Of a DNA stretch of 64,000 bases, positions 26,871 to 39,737 are shown piece after piece. The stretch comes from Callorhinchus milii (taxonomy: Eukaryota). The number at the start of each line of letters is the position of its first letter. The stretch's first letter is position 1. The notes beneath the pieces are model-generated. The model searched no databases. It saw only the letters and a program-made list of their open reading frames with translations, and was not told the DNA's origin. The position numbers were made by a program, and so were the translations under genes. The stretch spans positions 57,104,001 to 57,168,000 of the forward strand of contig NW_024704742.1 of the NCBI RefSeq assembly GCF_018977255.1, written 5' to 3'.

Positions 26871-27989
26871 GTATGAATCGAGATACTGTTGACCCTCTTT
26901 CATATTCATACAATTAAAATAGTTGTGTTCTTAAATAGTAATATTCTTATTGTTTTAATGAAAACGTTTTTCCAAGTGTAGAACATAAATAGACACTTGA
27001 GGGATTTTGGTGTTTTTTTACTGTCATTACTGTACCTCAATATTTAGGAAGACAACAACAACAATAACATTTATATAGCACCATTCATGTGGATAACATT
27101 TGGAGCGCTGTACTTCAAGACGGAGTTAGACCGTGTTTCCGACCGTGTTTTTGATCTCCCTGCTTCGCCTCCCTGCCCTCCCCCACTCCCCCACCCCGAC
27201 CCTCAGCTCGGTTCCAAAACTTTGTCTGTCCAGCGCCTTGGGACGTCCTCCCCATGTGAAAGGCGCTTTACACATGCAATTTTATTGTTGTTTGTTGTTG
27301 TTATAGATAGATATTTGTTAGGTTAGGGTATTAAGGGATATAGGGCAGGGCGTGTAACTGGACTTGAGGTGCAGATCAGCCATGATTTTATAAAATGGCG
27401 GAACCGGCTCGAGGGGCTGAATAGCCTACTCTAATTTCTATGTTTCTACTGTAGCTGAGTTGCATGCCGAGCAATGGAGAAGGGTGAGTAGAGGTTGACA
27501 ATTAGCACTGTCTAAGAAGTAGGTTTTCAGGTTCGATTTCAGGATAGATATGGAGGAGGTGAGGCAGAAGTATAGAAAGGGTTTTCTATATGAGCTTGAG
27601 GATCTTGAAGTCGATCCGTTCCAAGACAGGGAGCTAGTGGAGCCTGGTGAGCATTGGGGAGATATGGATATGTGCTGCAGGAAGTGCACCATCCTGATGT
27701 TCAAGTGTGCAGCTTCATTCCAATTGTTATTAGAGATTTTACTCAACATTAACTTTATTTGTTATACATTCTTTTGCTCCAAAGCAGCTTCCGCTTAAAG
27801 GAATATTTGAGGAAAAGTCTGTGATTAAATTTTAAATTGGCGGCCATGTTTTCCTACAACTACACAGTCACTACAATTCACAGTAAAATCTTGTGAAGTG
27901 CTTTGAGACATCTCGGGGACATGATAAGGGGGCTGTATCAAATGCAAGGAGTATTATATCAAACCTTCAACAAAAATTCCTCAGAGTGA

Positions 27990-28274
27990 GAGTCCTGTAG
28001 CTTAGTGGTTAGAGCACTCGCCTCACAAGCGAGATATCTGGGTTCGATTCCCGGCAGGGTGAAACCTTCGGCAAGTTTCCTTAATCCATATGCCTGATAA
28101 TAATCCTCAAGAAAAAAAACAATAATAAATTGATCATTTCAATCCACCCTGTTTGTGGGAAACTGCTGTTGCGTTTTGCCCACAAAAATAAAGTCAATTC
28201 ACTTTACAGTATATTCTGTGAAGGGCTTTACGTGAAAAACACTATACCAAATGCAAGGATTATTTATTTTTATT
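27990..28274 (+). mobile_element. tRNA-derived SINE, short form with small deletions
   Basis: Same head and tail as the other copies. Confidence 0.85.
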
Positions 28275-29240
28275 AAAACTGAAATGTGCAGCGAGGGTTC
28301 AGGCACAGGTTGCTCTCTTGCACCACTCAATGGCTGGCTTCCAAATTGCAATGTACAAGGCAATACAATCTACATTTATATAGTAGCTTTCACATTGGTA
28401 GGACATCCATTTCAAAGTGCTCACTAATGCTGGGTGGGCACCTGAGCTGAGAGTAGGACTCGAAGGTGGTGGAGAGGGGATAGATGACAGAAAGCGTGGT
28501 TGAAGAGGCTCAGAAACAAGCAGTTAGTAGAACTTGATGACCATGGTGGAGGAGAAGAAACCGATGATTGGTTCTTAATAAAATAATATTATTCTTATTA
28601 ACAATCAAATGCACTACATCCTTCCTCATGAGATGACATAGATTTAGGACACAGGTTTAGTGTTGCAAAAAACAATTTCAGGATAGATACTAGGAAGTGT
28701 TTCTTTACCCAGAGGGTAATTAATGACTGCAACAGGTTAACTGGTTGTGTCCAGGATGCTGAAAAAACTGCTTGATTCTGTTATGGGAAGAAGGTAGAGT
28801 GGGTATTCTGGAATGATGAGATCAAATGGGTCAAAGGGTCTTATTCATACGAACCCCACCTTTGGAACACATGCCTCTTTCCCTTTGCCCCTCTCTACCT
28901 ATCAAATCCCACCTTTAAACCTACCTCTTCAACCGCACCTATGTTCACCTGCCCCTTTGCCTTCTTCCTAGCTTGGTGTCCAACTGTGAAAAGTATTCCA
29001 AGATGTTATTTTATGTGAAAGGTGCTATATTAATGTGAGTTGTTGAAACTGTTATTGAACCAGTCTTGTGATCTTCTGATTAGCCCAAGCACCTGTTTGT
29101 GCTTCTCCAAAGTGAGATCCAGCAATTCCTTAAATGAATCGATGATGTTTAATTGATGCACACAGTGCTGCACTGCAAATGTTAAGTAACTTCCTGCAAT
29201 TCTGACATTTTTGGACCCTGTAATGCTATTATTTTTTCAG

Positions 29241-29341
29241 CTTGAATATCTACTCTGTGAGAAAATGAGGACTGCTGGCTATTTTGCTATAAAACAGCTG
29301 TTTAAATCCAATGACCCTGAAGGAAGGGGACAGGTTAACAG
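29241..29341 (+). CDS. EFCAB6-like exon 3
   Basis: ttttcag|CTT to AG|gtaatg. LEYLLCEKMRTAGYFAIKQLFKSNDPEGRGQVN contains the first EF-like loop. Confidence 0.85.
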
Positions 29342-29961
29342 GTAATGGGATCTTTGTTCACTGAAGAGAAAAACCCACTAGGGTCTAAATTGCTGTGATT
29401 TCTAGTTGCAAGAGGTGACTTCTCTAGTAACTGGAAAAAAGTTAGGCCAGTCCACGACAGCTCTGCTGTGAAAGTAGATGGAGCCAGAGTTCTGATGGGT
29501 CCGATGGGTACCACATGAGGTATTCCAGGTACAGGAACAAATCCTCATTTGTGACTCAGTGTCCTTACTAAGGAATCACCATGTTTTAGTTCTCAGTGTC
29601 AACGCAGAACAATCAGGGTTGGCACTGCCTCACCTAGAATTTCAGGACCGCAGGAGAAGACAAGGCAGTACTGCACGGGAGCCATGGGTACAAGGCAGTA
29701 CCAGAGCAGGAGCAAGGCCAGCAGGAGAGAGGCTAAGATATTATAATATTATAGTATGATGGGATTCTAATATAATACTAATAATAATCCTTGCATTTGA
29801 TGTAGTGCTTATCACATCTTCAAGACTTCACAAAGTGCTTCACAGAATATATTGTAAAGTAAATTGACTGTATATTTGGTAGGTGAAATGCGGCAGCCAA
29901 TTGTGCACAAGAGTGTCCCACAAACGTGGATTAAGTGACCAAATTTTGTTTAAGGGTCTAT

Positions 29962-31630
29962 TGCAACAATAACAACAAAAACAAAATTACATTTGTATAG
30001 CGCCTTTCACGTCGGGAGGATGTCCCAAGGTGCTGGACAGACAGAGTTATGGACCCGAGCTGGGGGTCGGAATGGAAGAGGGTGGAGGGCAGGGTGGGAA
30101 GCAGGGAGATCGAAAGTACGGTCAAAGAGGAGGTTCTTGAGGTGGGTCTTGAAGGTGGCGAGGGAGGGGGCGAAATGGAGGGACTGCGAGATGGAGTTCC
30201 AGTGGGTGGGTGCGGAGTGGCAGAAGGCCCACTCACCAATAGTGGGGCGAGCAAGGCGGAGCCCACTGAGCGGAGAGAGCGAACAGGGTGGTAGGGGATT
30301 AGGGGGTCGGAGAGGTAGGGGGGAGCAAAACCATGGAGGGCTTTGAAGGGGAGGATGAGGATCTTGACCTGTATCTGTGTGATGGGAACCCAGTGGAGTT
30401 GGGCGAGGATGGGGGTGATAGAGTCACGGAGCCTAGTCCGGGAGAGGACACGAGCTGCAGATTTCTGGATTATCTGCAGCCTGTGGAGGGAGGAGTTGGG
30501 GAGGCCAACAAACAGTGAGTTTGCATAGTTGAGCCTCGATGCAATGAAGGTTTGAGGGTTTTGGCGGCCTGCGGTGTGAGACAGTGTCGGAGTCGAGCGA
30601 TGTTGTGGAGGTGGGGGAAGGTAGAGCAGGTCATGGCGCAGATGTGGGATAGAAAGGATAGTTACGGGTCAAACAAGATGCCAAGGTTCCGGACTGGCTT
30701 AGTAAGGTGGAGTGTGCAACCATGGATGGTGATACTGTCAGTGCCTGAGGTGAGGAGGCGCTGCCAGGAGCCAATCAGGAGAGCCTCAGTCTTGCTGATG
30801 TTCAACTGAAGAAACTTAGCTCTCATCCATGACTTGATGTCTAACAGACATTCTGTCAGGACAGCAGTGGTCCTGGAGTCAAAGATGGAGGCAGAGAGGT
30901 ACAGTTGGGTGTCATCCGCATAGATGTGGAAGTTGACCCCATGTCTGTGGATGATGTCACCAAGAGGGAGCATATAGTTATTGAAGAGGAGGGGACGAAG
31001 CACAGAGCCCTGAGGAACACCGCACGAGACAGTGCAGGTGCTAGAGGAGAAGCTGTTTGAGGAGATGTAGTACAGGCGGTGTGAGAGGTATGATCTGAAC
31101 CAATCAAGGACAGTGCCGTGGAGGTTGAGGTGAGAGAAGAAGTGGTGGATGAGGATAGAGTGGTAAATGATGTCGAAAGCAGCAGAGAGGTCAAGGAGGA
31201 CGAGGAGGCAGAGGTAGCCCTGGTCACAGATGGACAGAATGTCATTTGTCACTTTGACCAGGGCGGTTTCTGTGCTGTGGGCAGCACGGAAGCTCAATTG
31301 GAGGGGATCGTGAAGGGAGTGGCGGGAGGGAAAGGAGCAAAGCTGAGAAACAACAACTCATTCTAGGACCTTGGAGAGGAAAGGAAGATTGGAGATGGGG
31401 TGGTAGTTAGGGAGTAGAGAAGGGTACAGGGAGGGTTTTTTAAGAATAGGAATGATGACAGCGGTTTTTAATGGGGTGGGAACAGTACCAGAGGACAGGG
31501 AGAGGTTGATAATGTCAGTGAGTAGAGGGGCAAGGAGGTGGACCTGGGAGGTAAGGAGAGGGGTCGGGATGGGGTTGAGGGAGCAGGTGGTGGGTTTCAT
31601 ATGGGTTATGGTAGTGATGAGAGAGGAGCG
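29962..31630 (-). mobile_element. 5'-truncated L2-type LINE with a frameshifted reverse transcriptase
   Basis: Minus-strand ORFs contain FRAAHSTETALVKV, LLDLSAAFD, GVPQGSVL and YADDTQLY. 3' tail GGGACATCCTCCCGACGTGAAAGGCGCTATACAAATG followed by (TTG)n. Confidence 0.93.
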
Positions 31631-31914
31631 GGAGAAAAACCCCCAGAGAGCAATCTGCCAATCGATTAACAATCGAGTTCCTATTTAATGTTAGGTAAAC
31701 AGAAGCATGGGGGGGTAAGGAAACTTGCCTAAAATTTCGCTCTGTCTGGGAATTAAAGCCTAGTGGTTTTACAACAAGCACAGCACTCCACATTGCACAT
31801 GCGTGAAGGGCCCGTGGCCACAGTCACACAATAGCTTGGTTGGGCAAACTAATCTGTCAAAAGGTCACTGGGAACATTAAAGCCACAGATTAATGGATTG
31901 TTTCTATTTCCTAG

Positions 31915-31992
31915 GGACATTCTGCTTATGATGATGACAAAATTCCTCGGCAGATTCATCAGTTCAAAACAATTCCAACAACTTCTTTTAAG
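31915..31992 (+). CDS. EFCAB6-like exon 4
   Basis: cctag|G to AG|gtccgt (weak donor). RDILLMMMTKFLGRFISSKQFQQLLL; phase 2-2. Confidence 0.75.
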
Positions 31993-32676
31993 GTCCGTAA
32001 TATGCTTGGAGGAGTTTTCTTTTGTCGGGCAAACATGTTTTACAATATTCTTAAAGAAATAATGTTTTGAATTCAGCTAATGCTTTGTGAAAGATAAGAC
32101 CGTGAACGTTACGATAGAAAGAGATAAGACAACAATAACAACAACAAGAAGATTACATTTGTATTGCGCCTTTCACGTCGGTTGGAAGTCCCAAGACATT
32201 AGACTTGCTGGAAAGACCTTGTCTTTCACAAAGAATTTGCTGAATTGAAATATTTTCAGACTTTGGATCTGAAAAGACCATCTGGGCCAGTCCCAAAGTA
32301 AACATAAAAATAATCGCGACTCTACATTGAAAAATGGAATCATTCAAAAAGGAATTGGATAAAAACCTGTTTAGCAGTAAACAATGGAGAAAGATCTAGA
32401 CATTATATTAATAACAGGTAATAATAATACTAATCCTTGTATTTGGTACAGCGCCTTATCACATAAGAATCAAATTGGACAATACAGGTTGCCACAGGTA
32501 CTGCCCTGGAGTGTCAACCTGGACCAGAAGTATGTGTCAACATGGGGCTTAAACCCACGATGCTTCTGACCCAGAGACAAGAGTGCTAGCAGCTGAGCCA
32601 AACTGACATTGATTGTTACATTGATAAGTTTAAATTACACAATAAAACAAGCTGACATTTATTGTTATGTTAACAG

Positions 32677-32850
32677 GTTTAAATTACATGATAAGATTAC
32701 CATTAAATATGAGGAGTTTTATGCTGCTATCAGAGACCCAATCACACCTGGAGCTCCAATGTGGTTCGATCCCATCCATCGACGCAGTGATAGAATGCTG
32801 ATGAGTGCATCTCAGGTTCATTCGCAGCTCAAGGAAAGGGCAAGGCAGAG
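32677..32850 (+). CDS. EFCAB6-like exon 5
   Basis: aacag|G to AG|gtaagt. RFKLHDKITIKYEEFYAAIRDP...QLKERARQ. Confidence 0.85.
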
Positions 32851-33598
32851 GTAAGTATTAGCCGGTGACAATTACTTATCAGTTGTTCCATTGAACTAAC
32901 AAAATAGTACAAAAAACACCTTCCGATTACATTTTGTATTTTGTAAATTGAAATATAAGATTGAATCCTCACTTCATTATCTATTGTGGAGAAACATGTT
33001 CTTGCAAGTACATTGGCCAGCTTTATAAGTATGCAAAGATATGGGTTCAATGCAGTGTAAAATAGTACAATGAAATTAAGACCTTGATAAAACTATCATA
33101 GGCTATAAGGTACAGGTTTCAGGACTACCTTATCAGCATTACTGTTTTAAGGGGACCTTTGTGGTTCTGAAAGCTGTTGGGTACAGATTAGAACCCAACT
33201 TGTACTTAATAACATTTGCATGGTGAAAGGACAGGGAATTGGGATTAAAAGATCTGCCAGAATATAATAACTGGGCTCACTGGGCTGAATGGCCTCCTCC
33301 TGTTCCTGTTTTCCTATGTTACTATATTGTGGTCTACTTTGTGATATTCACTAAATGGATTCATTGCATTAATGTTTTGCTCACAATCTTTTTTTCAATG
33401 TTGATTTGCAATATATTGACCTTAAATCTCACTGCATGCAAACTTCGCAAATTGAATCAGTTGCTAGTCTGAAGCTGTAATTAATGCAATCAATCCAGTT
33501 TGCAAATTAGACCCCAGTGTGCATCTGCATAAGTTCATTTTGCTGACACTGTTACATTCAGTATTTTCCTATGATACCAATTCCAATGCTATTGTTAG

Positions 33599-33736
33599 AT
33601 TTCCAGATCTGACTCAAATTCTGCCTCAGAAAAACCCTGAAGGAACTGTGAGGTTGCTGGAACCTGAATTCAGAAGTTTGTTAAATCAACTGGGTTACCA
33701 GATGGAAGATGAGGAGTTCAAAAAGTTATGCAAAAG
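33599..33736 (+). CDS. EFCAB6-like exon 6
   Basis: gttag|A to AG|gtggtt. RFPDLTQILPQKNPEGTVRLLEPEFRSLLNQLGYQMEDEEFKKLCK. Confidence 0.85.
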
Positions 33737-33889
33737 GTGGTTCAGATAATAGCGACCATTTACTAAATAAAAACTCTGAGTAAGTGAGAACTTACTCTGA
33801 GTATCTGTGACTTACTTAGAATAACTTAGAACTCCCTACCTCCTCCCCACACATGCTGTGAACAAGCTAAAACTCTGTTGTCTGTATTC

Positions 33890-34215
33890 TCTCCAGCACC
33901 AAGCCCTTTGAGCCTGTTATCCCTATCCACATTCGGCTCCACTGGCTTTCCATCCCCCAGAGGAGAGAGTTCAAAATCTTCATCCTAGCCTTCAAGCCCT
34001 TTTTCTTCCCTACCTCTGTGACCTGCTAACTCCTCTGCTGTCTCAAGACCTTCATCTTCATCTTTGACTGAACCTTCAGCCACCCTCCTATCCCTAGCCT
34101 ACCCTCCACCTCTTCTGATCCCAACCCCCAGCTCGGGTCCAAATCCCTGACTTTCCAGCACCTTGGGACGTCCTCCCAATGTGAAAGACACTATACAAAT
34201 GTAATTTGTTGATGA
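33890..34215 (+). mobile_element. L2 3' fragment
   Basis: Decayed LHWLP...FKILIL-like coding sequence and the same GGGACGTCCTCCC tail. Confidence 0.75.
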
Positions 34216-34768
34216 TGTTTTATGGTCGATCCCCTGCACTGGCGATATGTTTTCAGCCATTCTTCCCCTGCTCTCTGACCTCCATCCTCCCTCCACCTTG
34301 TCCACTCCCTCCCTGCACTAAGATTTTTCTCTTCGACCATACTCTTTGGGCCATCGTCCCTTCCCCCAATTCTCCTCAAATGCTCAGTCTTTGGCAAAAG
34401 CTGTGAAACATCCTCCCAATTTGAAAGACATTATTGAGAAATCCCTTGGGCTCTTCAACCTTAAAGATGCTCTTTGGTCTTGTTTTCAAAGCGAGTTCAT
34501 TTCTATAATACTGGGGGTCATCCTCTTTGATCTCTTCTGGATTCACATATGTTAGGATTGAAAATTAATACTAGTGAGTATATTCCAAGGGGTGAGGAGG
34601 CGAGTTAATTTAAGCTGGCTCCAAGGTAATGACTTGACAACATACCAGAGCAAAGCAGATTTTTCTCTCATATTAGTGACTTTAAGAGAGTCAGAGTCTG
34701 ACTCTGAACTTGCAATCATTTCCAAGGTATTTCACTCATTCCTGCATCTTGTTATTGCCTTGAAACAG

Positions 34769-34890
34769 GTATGACACTGACGGTCTTGGTTTTATAAAAG
34801 GAGATGTACTGATGAGAAAACTCGGAATGGCAAACAGTGCAAATAGTGACAGAAAGTCACGGGAGCAAATGAGTTTGAAGGATTCAGCAA
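34769..34890 (+). CDS. EFCAB6-like exon 7
   Basis: aacag|G to A|gtatgt. RYDTDGLGFIKGDVLMRKLG...; phase 2 to 1. Confidence 0.85.
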
Positions 34891-35441
34891 GTATGTGCCA
34901 ATTTTACCTTCCAAAGAAATACTATAATTCCATTAAACTAAAAAATAAATTGAATGTTATTCATTTATAATGTGCATTTTCATATGAAGAGTATATGAAG
35001 AGGTCCAGTGGTACTGTGATTTGAGGATTTTTGGAGTGACAAGTGACCATTTGTGCTATTAATAACTTTGGTACGGCTTATTCTCCTTTCTTCATCAGGT
35101 GTAAATGGACCACCATACAAGCATTTTAATATGGACTGATACTGCCAATGCAGGCAACAACAACTGCATTTTTGTAGTGCTCTTTATGTGGGTAGCGTCT
35201 CAGAGTGCTCAACAGTGGCAGAACTTGATACCGAGCTGGACAAAGGGGAGGTGATTGTTGACATGTAACTTGCTTCCAGTTAACGCAGATTCATAGGACA
35301 CAGATGCTATTAGTGAAGTCATTCATTAACAGTGGGGGCATTACTGAGTTGCCTGTCCTTCAAACCTATGAAAATGATTTTATAGTTTCCCTCAAACTGA
35401 GCTTTCTGTGAATTTCTTATAAAGTGCATTGCTCTCCCCAG

Positions 35442-35584
35442 GGCCTTCGAGGATCCTGAGCAAAGCAGAGCATGAAAGGGGAACTTCTCTCAATATTGAA
35501 AAATGGCTGAAAAATAAATTCAGGGAAGGATATAAACTCATGAAAGAAGAGTTTGAAAAGTACGACTTGGAGCAAACAGGCAAA
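35442..35584 (+). CDS. EFCAB6-like exon 8
   Basis: ccccag|GG to AAA|gtaatt. ...LNIEKWLKNKFREGYKLMKEEFEKYDLEQTGK. Confidence 0.85.
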
Positions 35585-36014
35585 GTAATTACGTTTGTCA
35601 TATTCTTCTTAGCTCCCTTATTCAAGAAGACTAAAAGCCCACTATTGGCAAGCAAATCTTCAGGCACACTTTGCCCTCCCTCTGAAATCTCTCTCACATC
35701 TCCCTTCTACTTTTTCTGCTTTCAAATCCCACCTGAAGACCTATTTCTTTGATTGTACTTTCCCTCCACCCCCTGAGCTTCCTCCTAACTTGGGCTCCTG
35801 CTCAGTCTTTGTAAAGTACTTGAGAACATTCTTCCAAAGTGAAAGATACAATTTAATTGTAAACTGATATCGTTGTTGTAATTGTATTACTGCATTCAAT
35901 GCATTTTTGATATCTTATGCACTTTTTTATTAATGAGGAGACCATATGTGAAGTATGAAATATTGCAGAGTGTTACGTTGAAAGATATTTTAACGTTAAC
36001 GATATTTTAACATT

Positions 36015-36245
36015 CTCTTTGACCGAGCCTTCAGCTCCCCTCTCGACTCTCTTCCCCCTCCTCGCTCGCTCCCTTCCCTCCCCTTACCCTGACCATTTCC
36101 CCCTCCTCGCTCCCTCCCTTCCCTCACCCCCCTGACCATTTCCCCCCTGCTCGGGTCATGACCCAACTGTGCAGCGCCTTGGGACGTCCTCCTGACGTGA
36201 AAGGCGCTTTATAAATGGAATCTTGTTGTTGTTGTTGTTATTGTT
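36015..36245 (+). mobile_element. L2 3' UTR fragment
   Basis: Near-identical to 43085-43258, with an internal tandem duplication of the CCCTCCTCGCTC...CTGACCATTT unit. Confidence 0.8.
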
Positions 36246-36402
36246 AGCAAGCATTGTAAAAGCACTTCCAGAAATCGAATTGAACTTTGCCTCAATCAAA
36301 TCTCTTGCATTGAATTTTATTATATTTAAAGTTTTTTAAAAAAAATTCTGGCATATTTTTGTTGTAAATGGCCAATTGCTTTTTGCTGCCTTGAATTGGT
36401 AG

Positions 36403-36599
36403 GTGATGCCTCAAGACTTCCTATCTGTGCTGGAGAAATTTGACCTGCACCTAAAATCTGAGCATTTCAACCTTTTCTTAGCACGGTGCAATCTTCAGAA
36501 TAGCAAATGTGGCATTGAATACACCAATTTCCTCAAAATCTTCCAGGACCGAAGTGAGAATGGGATGCCACATAAAATTATATCCAATCCTAAACACAG
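36403..36599 (+). CDS. EFCAB6-like exon 9
   Basis: gtag|GTG to AG|gttagt. VMPQDFLSVLEKFDLHLKSEHFNLFLARC...FQDRSENGMPHKIISNPKH. Confidence 0.88.
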
Positions 36600-37258
36600 G
36601 TTAGTGAATTCCCTTTCTCAGCAATGTGGGATATGTTTTACATGATCCCAGTAGAGTTATGCTGCAGTCTTTGTTTCACTGCCCCATAATGTGTAAATAT
36701 TTTCCAGGTTCTTACTTAACAATATATGTTCCCTTCGAAACTGCTCAGTTAGTGTTGAATCAGTTCATTGTGGTTTTGTTTCTCATTACTTTCTCCTTGT
36801 TGGAGACTTATTATAGCATGGACAATTGGGATCTTTTAGCCCAAACCACAGAATTCCTCGTGAACCTCTGCTGATGCTGCATTATAGCCTGCGACTGAGG
36901 AAGGCAAGAGCAGTTCTGAATGACTATCCCTCTGGGATTCTTTCTATTTAGGGAGTGCTTGAGTTCTGTTTTTGTGCCACTGTGTTGCATAGAAATTGCA
37001 TTATTTTATTTTAACAAAACCCCCCAAACTTGGGATAGTCATTCATTTACTATTTATAGCTCTTCCAATGAAACTGTCTTCACTTTTAATACTAAACACA
37101 AACCTCGACAGTCAATTGGATGTATTGGAGTCTTTCCTGCCTGTAGGTCTATTCATTTTTTTCTCCCCTCCTGTTTTCCTGATACTCTAGGTATATGTTA
37201 TTGCTGCACGATCGTTGAATGTACCATTGTTTTTTTTAAATATGTTTTTCTTTTTAAG

Positions 37259-37366
37259 ATTCAACCAAGAAGGAAGTCCCAGTTTATGCACTACAGTGAC
37301 TGCAATTGAAGCAAAGTTGACAAGGCTGTTTCAATCAGATTTCCTTTCACTTTTAGCCACATTTCA
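37259..37366 (+). CDS. EFCAB6-like exon 10
   Basis: ttttaag|A to CA|gtaagt. RFNQEGSPSLCTTVTAIEAKLTRLFQSDFLSLLATF. Confidence 0.85.
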
Positions 37367-37674
37367 GTAAGTACTAAAGTGATTTAAGTCCTTTTAGAAA
37401 ACAAATTAGGTTTTAACCTTTTCAACAACATAAATCTATTTACAAATAGAAATTTGTCAATTTCCCCTCCCCCAGAAACTCCATCACAGTGCTTGGCCCT
37501 GAACCCGCCCTCTGGTGCATATTAGATTTGCGGTACCCGGATGGAATGAGGAGCCTGTTAAATGGCATTACAGAGTTGGTTTATGGGATACTATCTTAAT
37601 GTAATAAAAACAATCAAAGTGAAGCCAATATCTAGCAAATATAAGTTGGGAGCCAGTGCTCCTCTGTAACCAAT

Positions 37675-38012
37675 GTGGGATCCTGTAGCTCAGAGTTTAA
37701 AGCATTCACCTCACAAGCGAGACTTGGGTTTGATTCCCAGCAGGGCGCAATGTTGGGCAAGTTTCCTCACTCCACATTCCTCTGTTTACCTAGCAGTAAG
37801 CAGGACCCAGTTGTTAGTCAATTGATGGATTATTTTTCCGGAGGTAATATTTCCTTCCAAAAAATAATATTAAATTGGTCACTCAATTCATGACTGTTTG
37901 TTGGACAATGCTGTGCGCAATTGGGTGCTGCGTTTTGCCACAAAACATATGGTCAATTCACTTTACAGTATATTCTGTGATAAGGTGTTATATCAAATGC
38001 AAGGATTATTAT
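37675..38012 (+). mobile_element. tRNA-derived SINE, long older form
   Basis: Head plus the internal CTCTGTTTACCTAGCAGTAAG segment that the young copies lack. Confidence 0.85.
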
Positions 38013-38218
38013 ATGATTATCATTATATGGTGCTCCTTATGATAGCCTGGCCCAGATCAAGAATTCACTCGGTGATGAATCTTTCACATAAACTAATAAA
38101 CGTTACTCTTAATAAACATGAACTTCGGTTTATTTTCTCCTACATTATGATTTTAAATGAGGACAGTAGAAAACCTCTTTAACAATCTTCCTGACTGTTA
38201 TTTCTTTATAAATTGCAG

Positions 38219-38284
38219 TAAAATTGACAAACTGAATAGAGATGTCATCAGCCAACAGGAATTTCGAGCTGCCATTGAGAGCAG
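38219..38284 (+). CDS. EFCAB6-like exon 11
   Basis: ttgcag|T to AG|gtagga. HKIDKLNRDVISQQEFRAAIES is an EF-like loop. Confidence 0.85.
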
Positions 38285-39464
38285 GTAGGAAGTGATTTTA
38301 CAACATGTCTTTAATGGGTGGAGCAAGGCTGGATTAACAATAAACCAGGTAAACCATGGCTTAGGGCCCCAAGGTTTGAGGTCCCCTGGATATGATTGAC
38401 ATCCCGCTGCACCTCTCTTCTGGTCGGTCTCCGCGATGCCTCATATGAGCAATGAAAGAGAGGGAGACAGGATTCATACCTCTGCTCTGCCTCTCTTTCC
38501 ATCACTCTCCACATAGCCTCGTGTCTCATACAACCTCGTGAGAGACAGCGTGAAGAGCAGCTGGTAGAGAGGCGGACCAGGAGGTAAGCAATAAACCTCA
38601 TAAGGAATAGGTTACGAAACAAAATGAAATAATGGATGGGTTACAAAGTAAAATAATCAGAGCAGGACTGCATTGAAAGTGCCTGGATAAAACAGGAGAT
38701 TCATGTACTTCAAAGAGTAAAGTTTCAGTCAATGTTCTTTATGTACATAGTTGAAAGGTTCCTCTATACAATCCATAAATGATGCGTAAGTCTGATCTTA
38801 AAACCTACTGTTTTGGGGCACATCCGTAAGTACTTACTCAGCACTAAAGTTTTTTTGTTCTAAATTAATAATAATCCTTGCATTTGCAAAAATGTAGCAC
38901 AAGTCAATCACATCATATACTTTGGTAACTACCTTGGATAGAATAAATAATAATAATAAATATAATACTTATGTTTGATATATCGCCTGATCACGTCATT
39001 GAGATGTCTCAAAGCGCTTCACAGAATATACTCTAAAGTGTATATTTTTGTGGGGAATTGTAGCGCAGAATGGTGTTTTTCACCTTTGTACTAAAAAACA
39101 TAAATTGCATGCATCTGTACATTAGTACAACTTGCATTGTTATCTCAATGTTCCCACTAGGTGGCAGATTAGCACTTTCTTACTTACAAAGCGACATAAG
39201 GGATTCATGGTTCTGAGAGGCAGCCAAACTCTCTTAAAGAATTCAGTTTGAAAGGTAGATGAGGATACCGACATATCAGTACATTCTCGTGAACTGTCTG
39301 CCTGCTCAGAGCCCTAGAGCAGCCTTCCACTAAAAGACTCACCCTAGAGAGTTAATGACCGACCAAAATCTGTATGTGATAAGAAGATGGTCAATATTTT
39401 GTATTCAAAGTCATCTGTGATTAACCACTTGACTGTTCAGCCTATTTACAAAATATTAGTAATA

Positions 39465-39737
39465 TTAATTATTGCATTTGATATAGCACCTTATCATGAC
39501 ATTGAGACGTCTCAAAGCACTTCACAAAATATACTGTAAAGTGAATTGACTGTATATTTTGAGGGCAAAACATGGTAGCCAATTGTGCACAGCAATGTCC
39601 CACAAACTGTTGTGTATTGAGTGATCAAATTTTTTGGTTATTACTCTGGGAAAGCGATCCCGCAATCGGCTAACAAACGGGTTCCTACTTATTGCTAGGT
39701 AAACTGGAATGTGGAGTAAGGAAACTTGCCTTAGGTT
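39465..39737 (-). mobile_element. SINE, long older form, head truncated
   Basis: Reverse complement has the CORE-like segment, the internal segment and a GAGACGTCTCAATG tail. Confidence 0.8.

Noticed and set aside
30662..31672. Reverse transcriptase ORFs as a functional gene or retron-like system
   Set aside because: A frameshifted, 5'-truncated L2 copy with a standard L2 tail.
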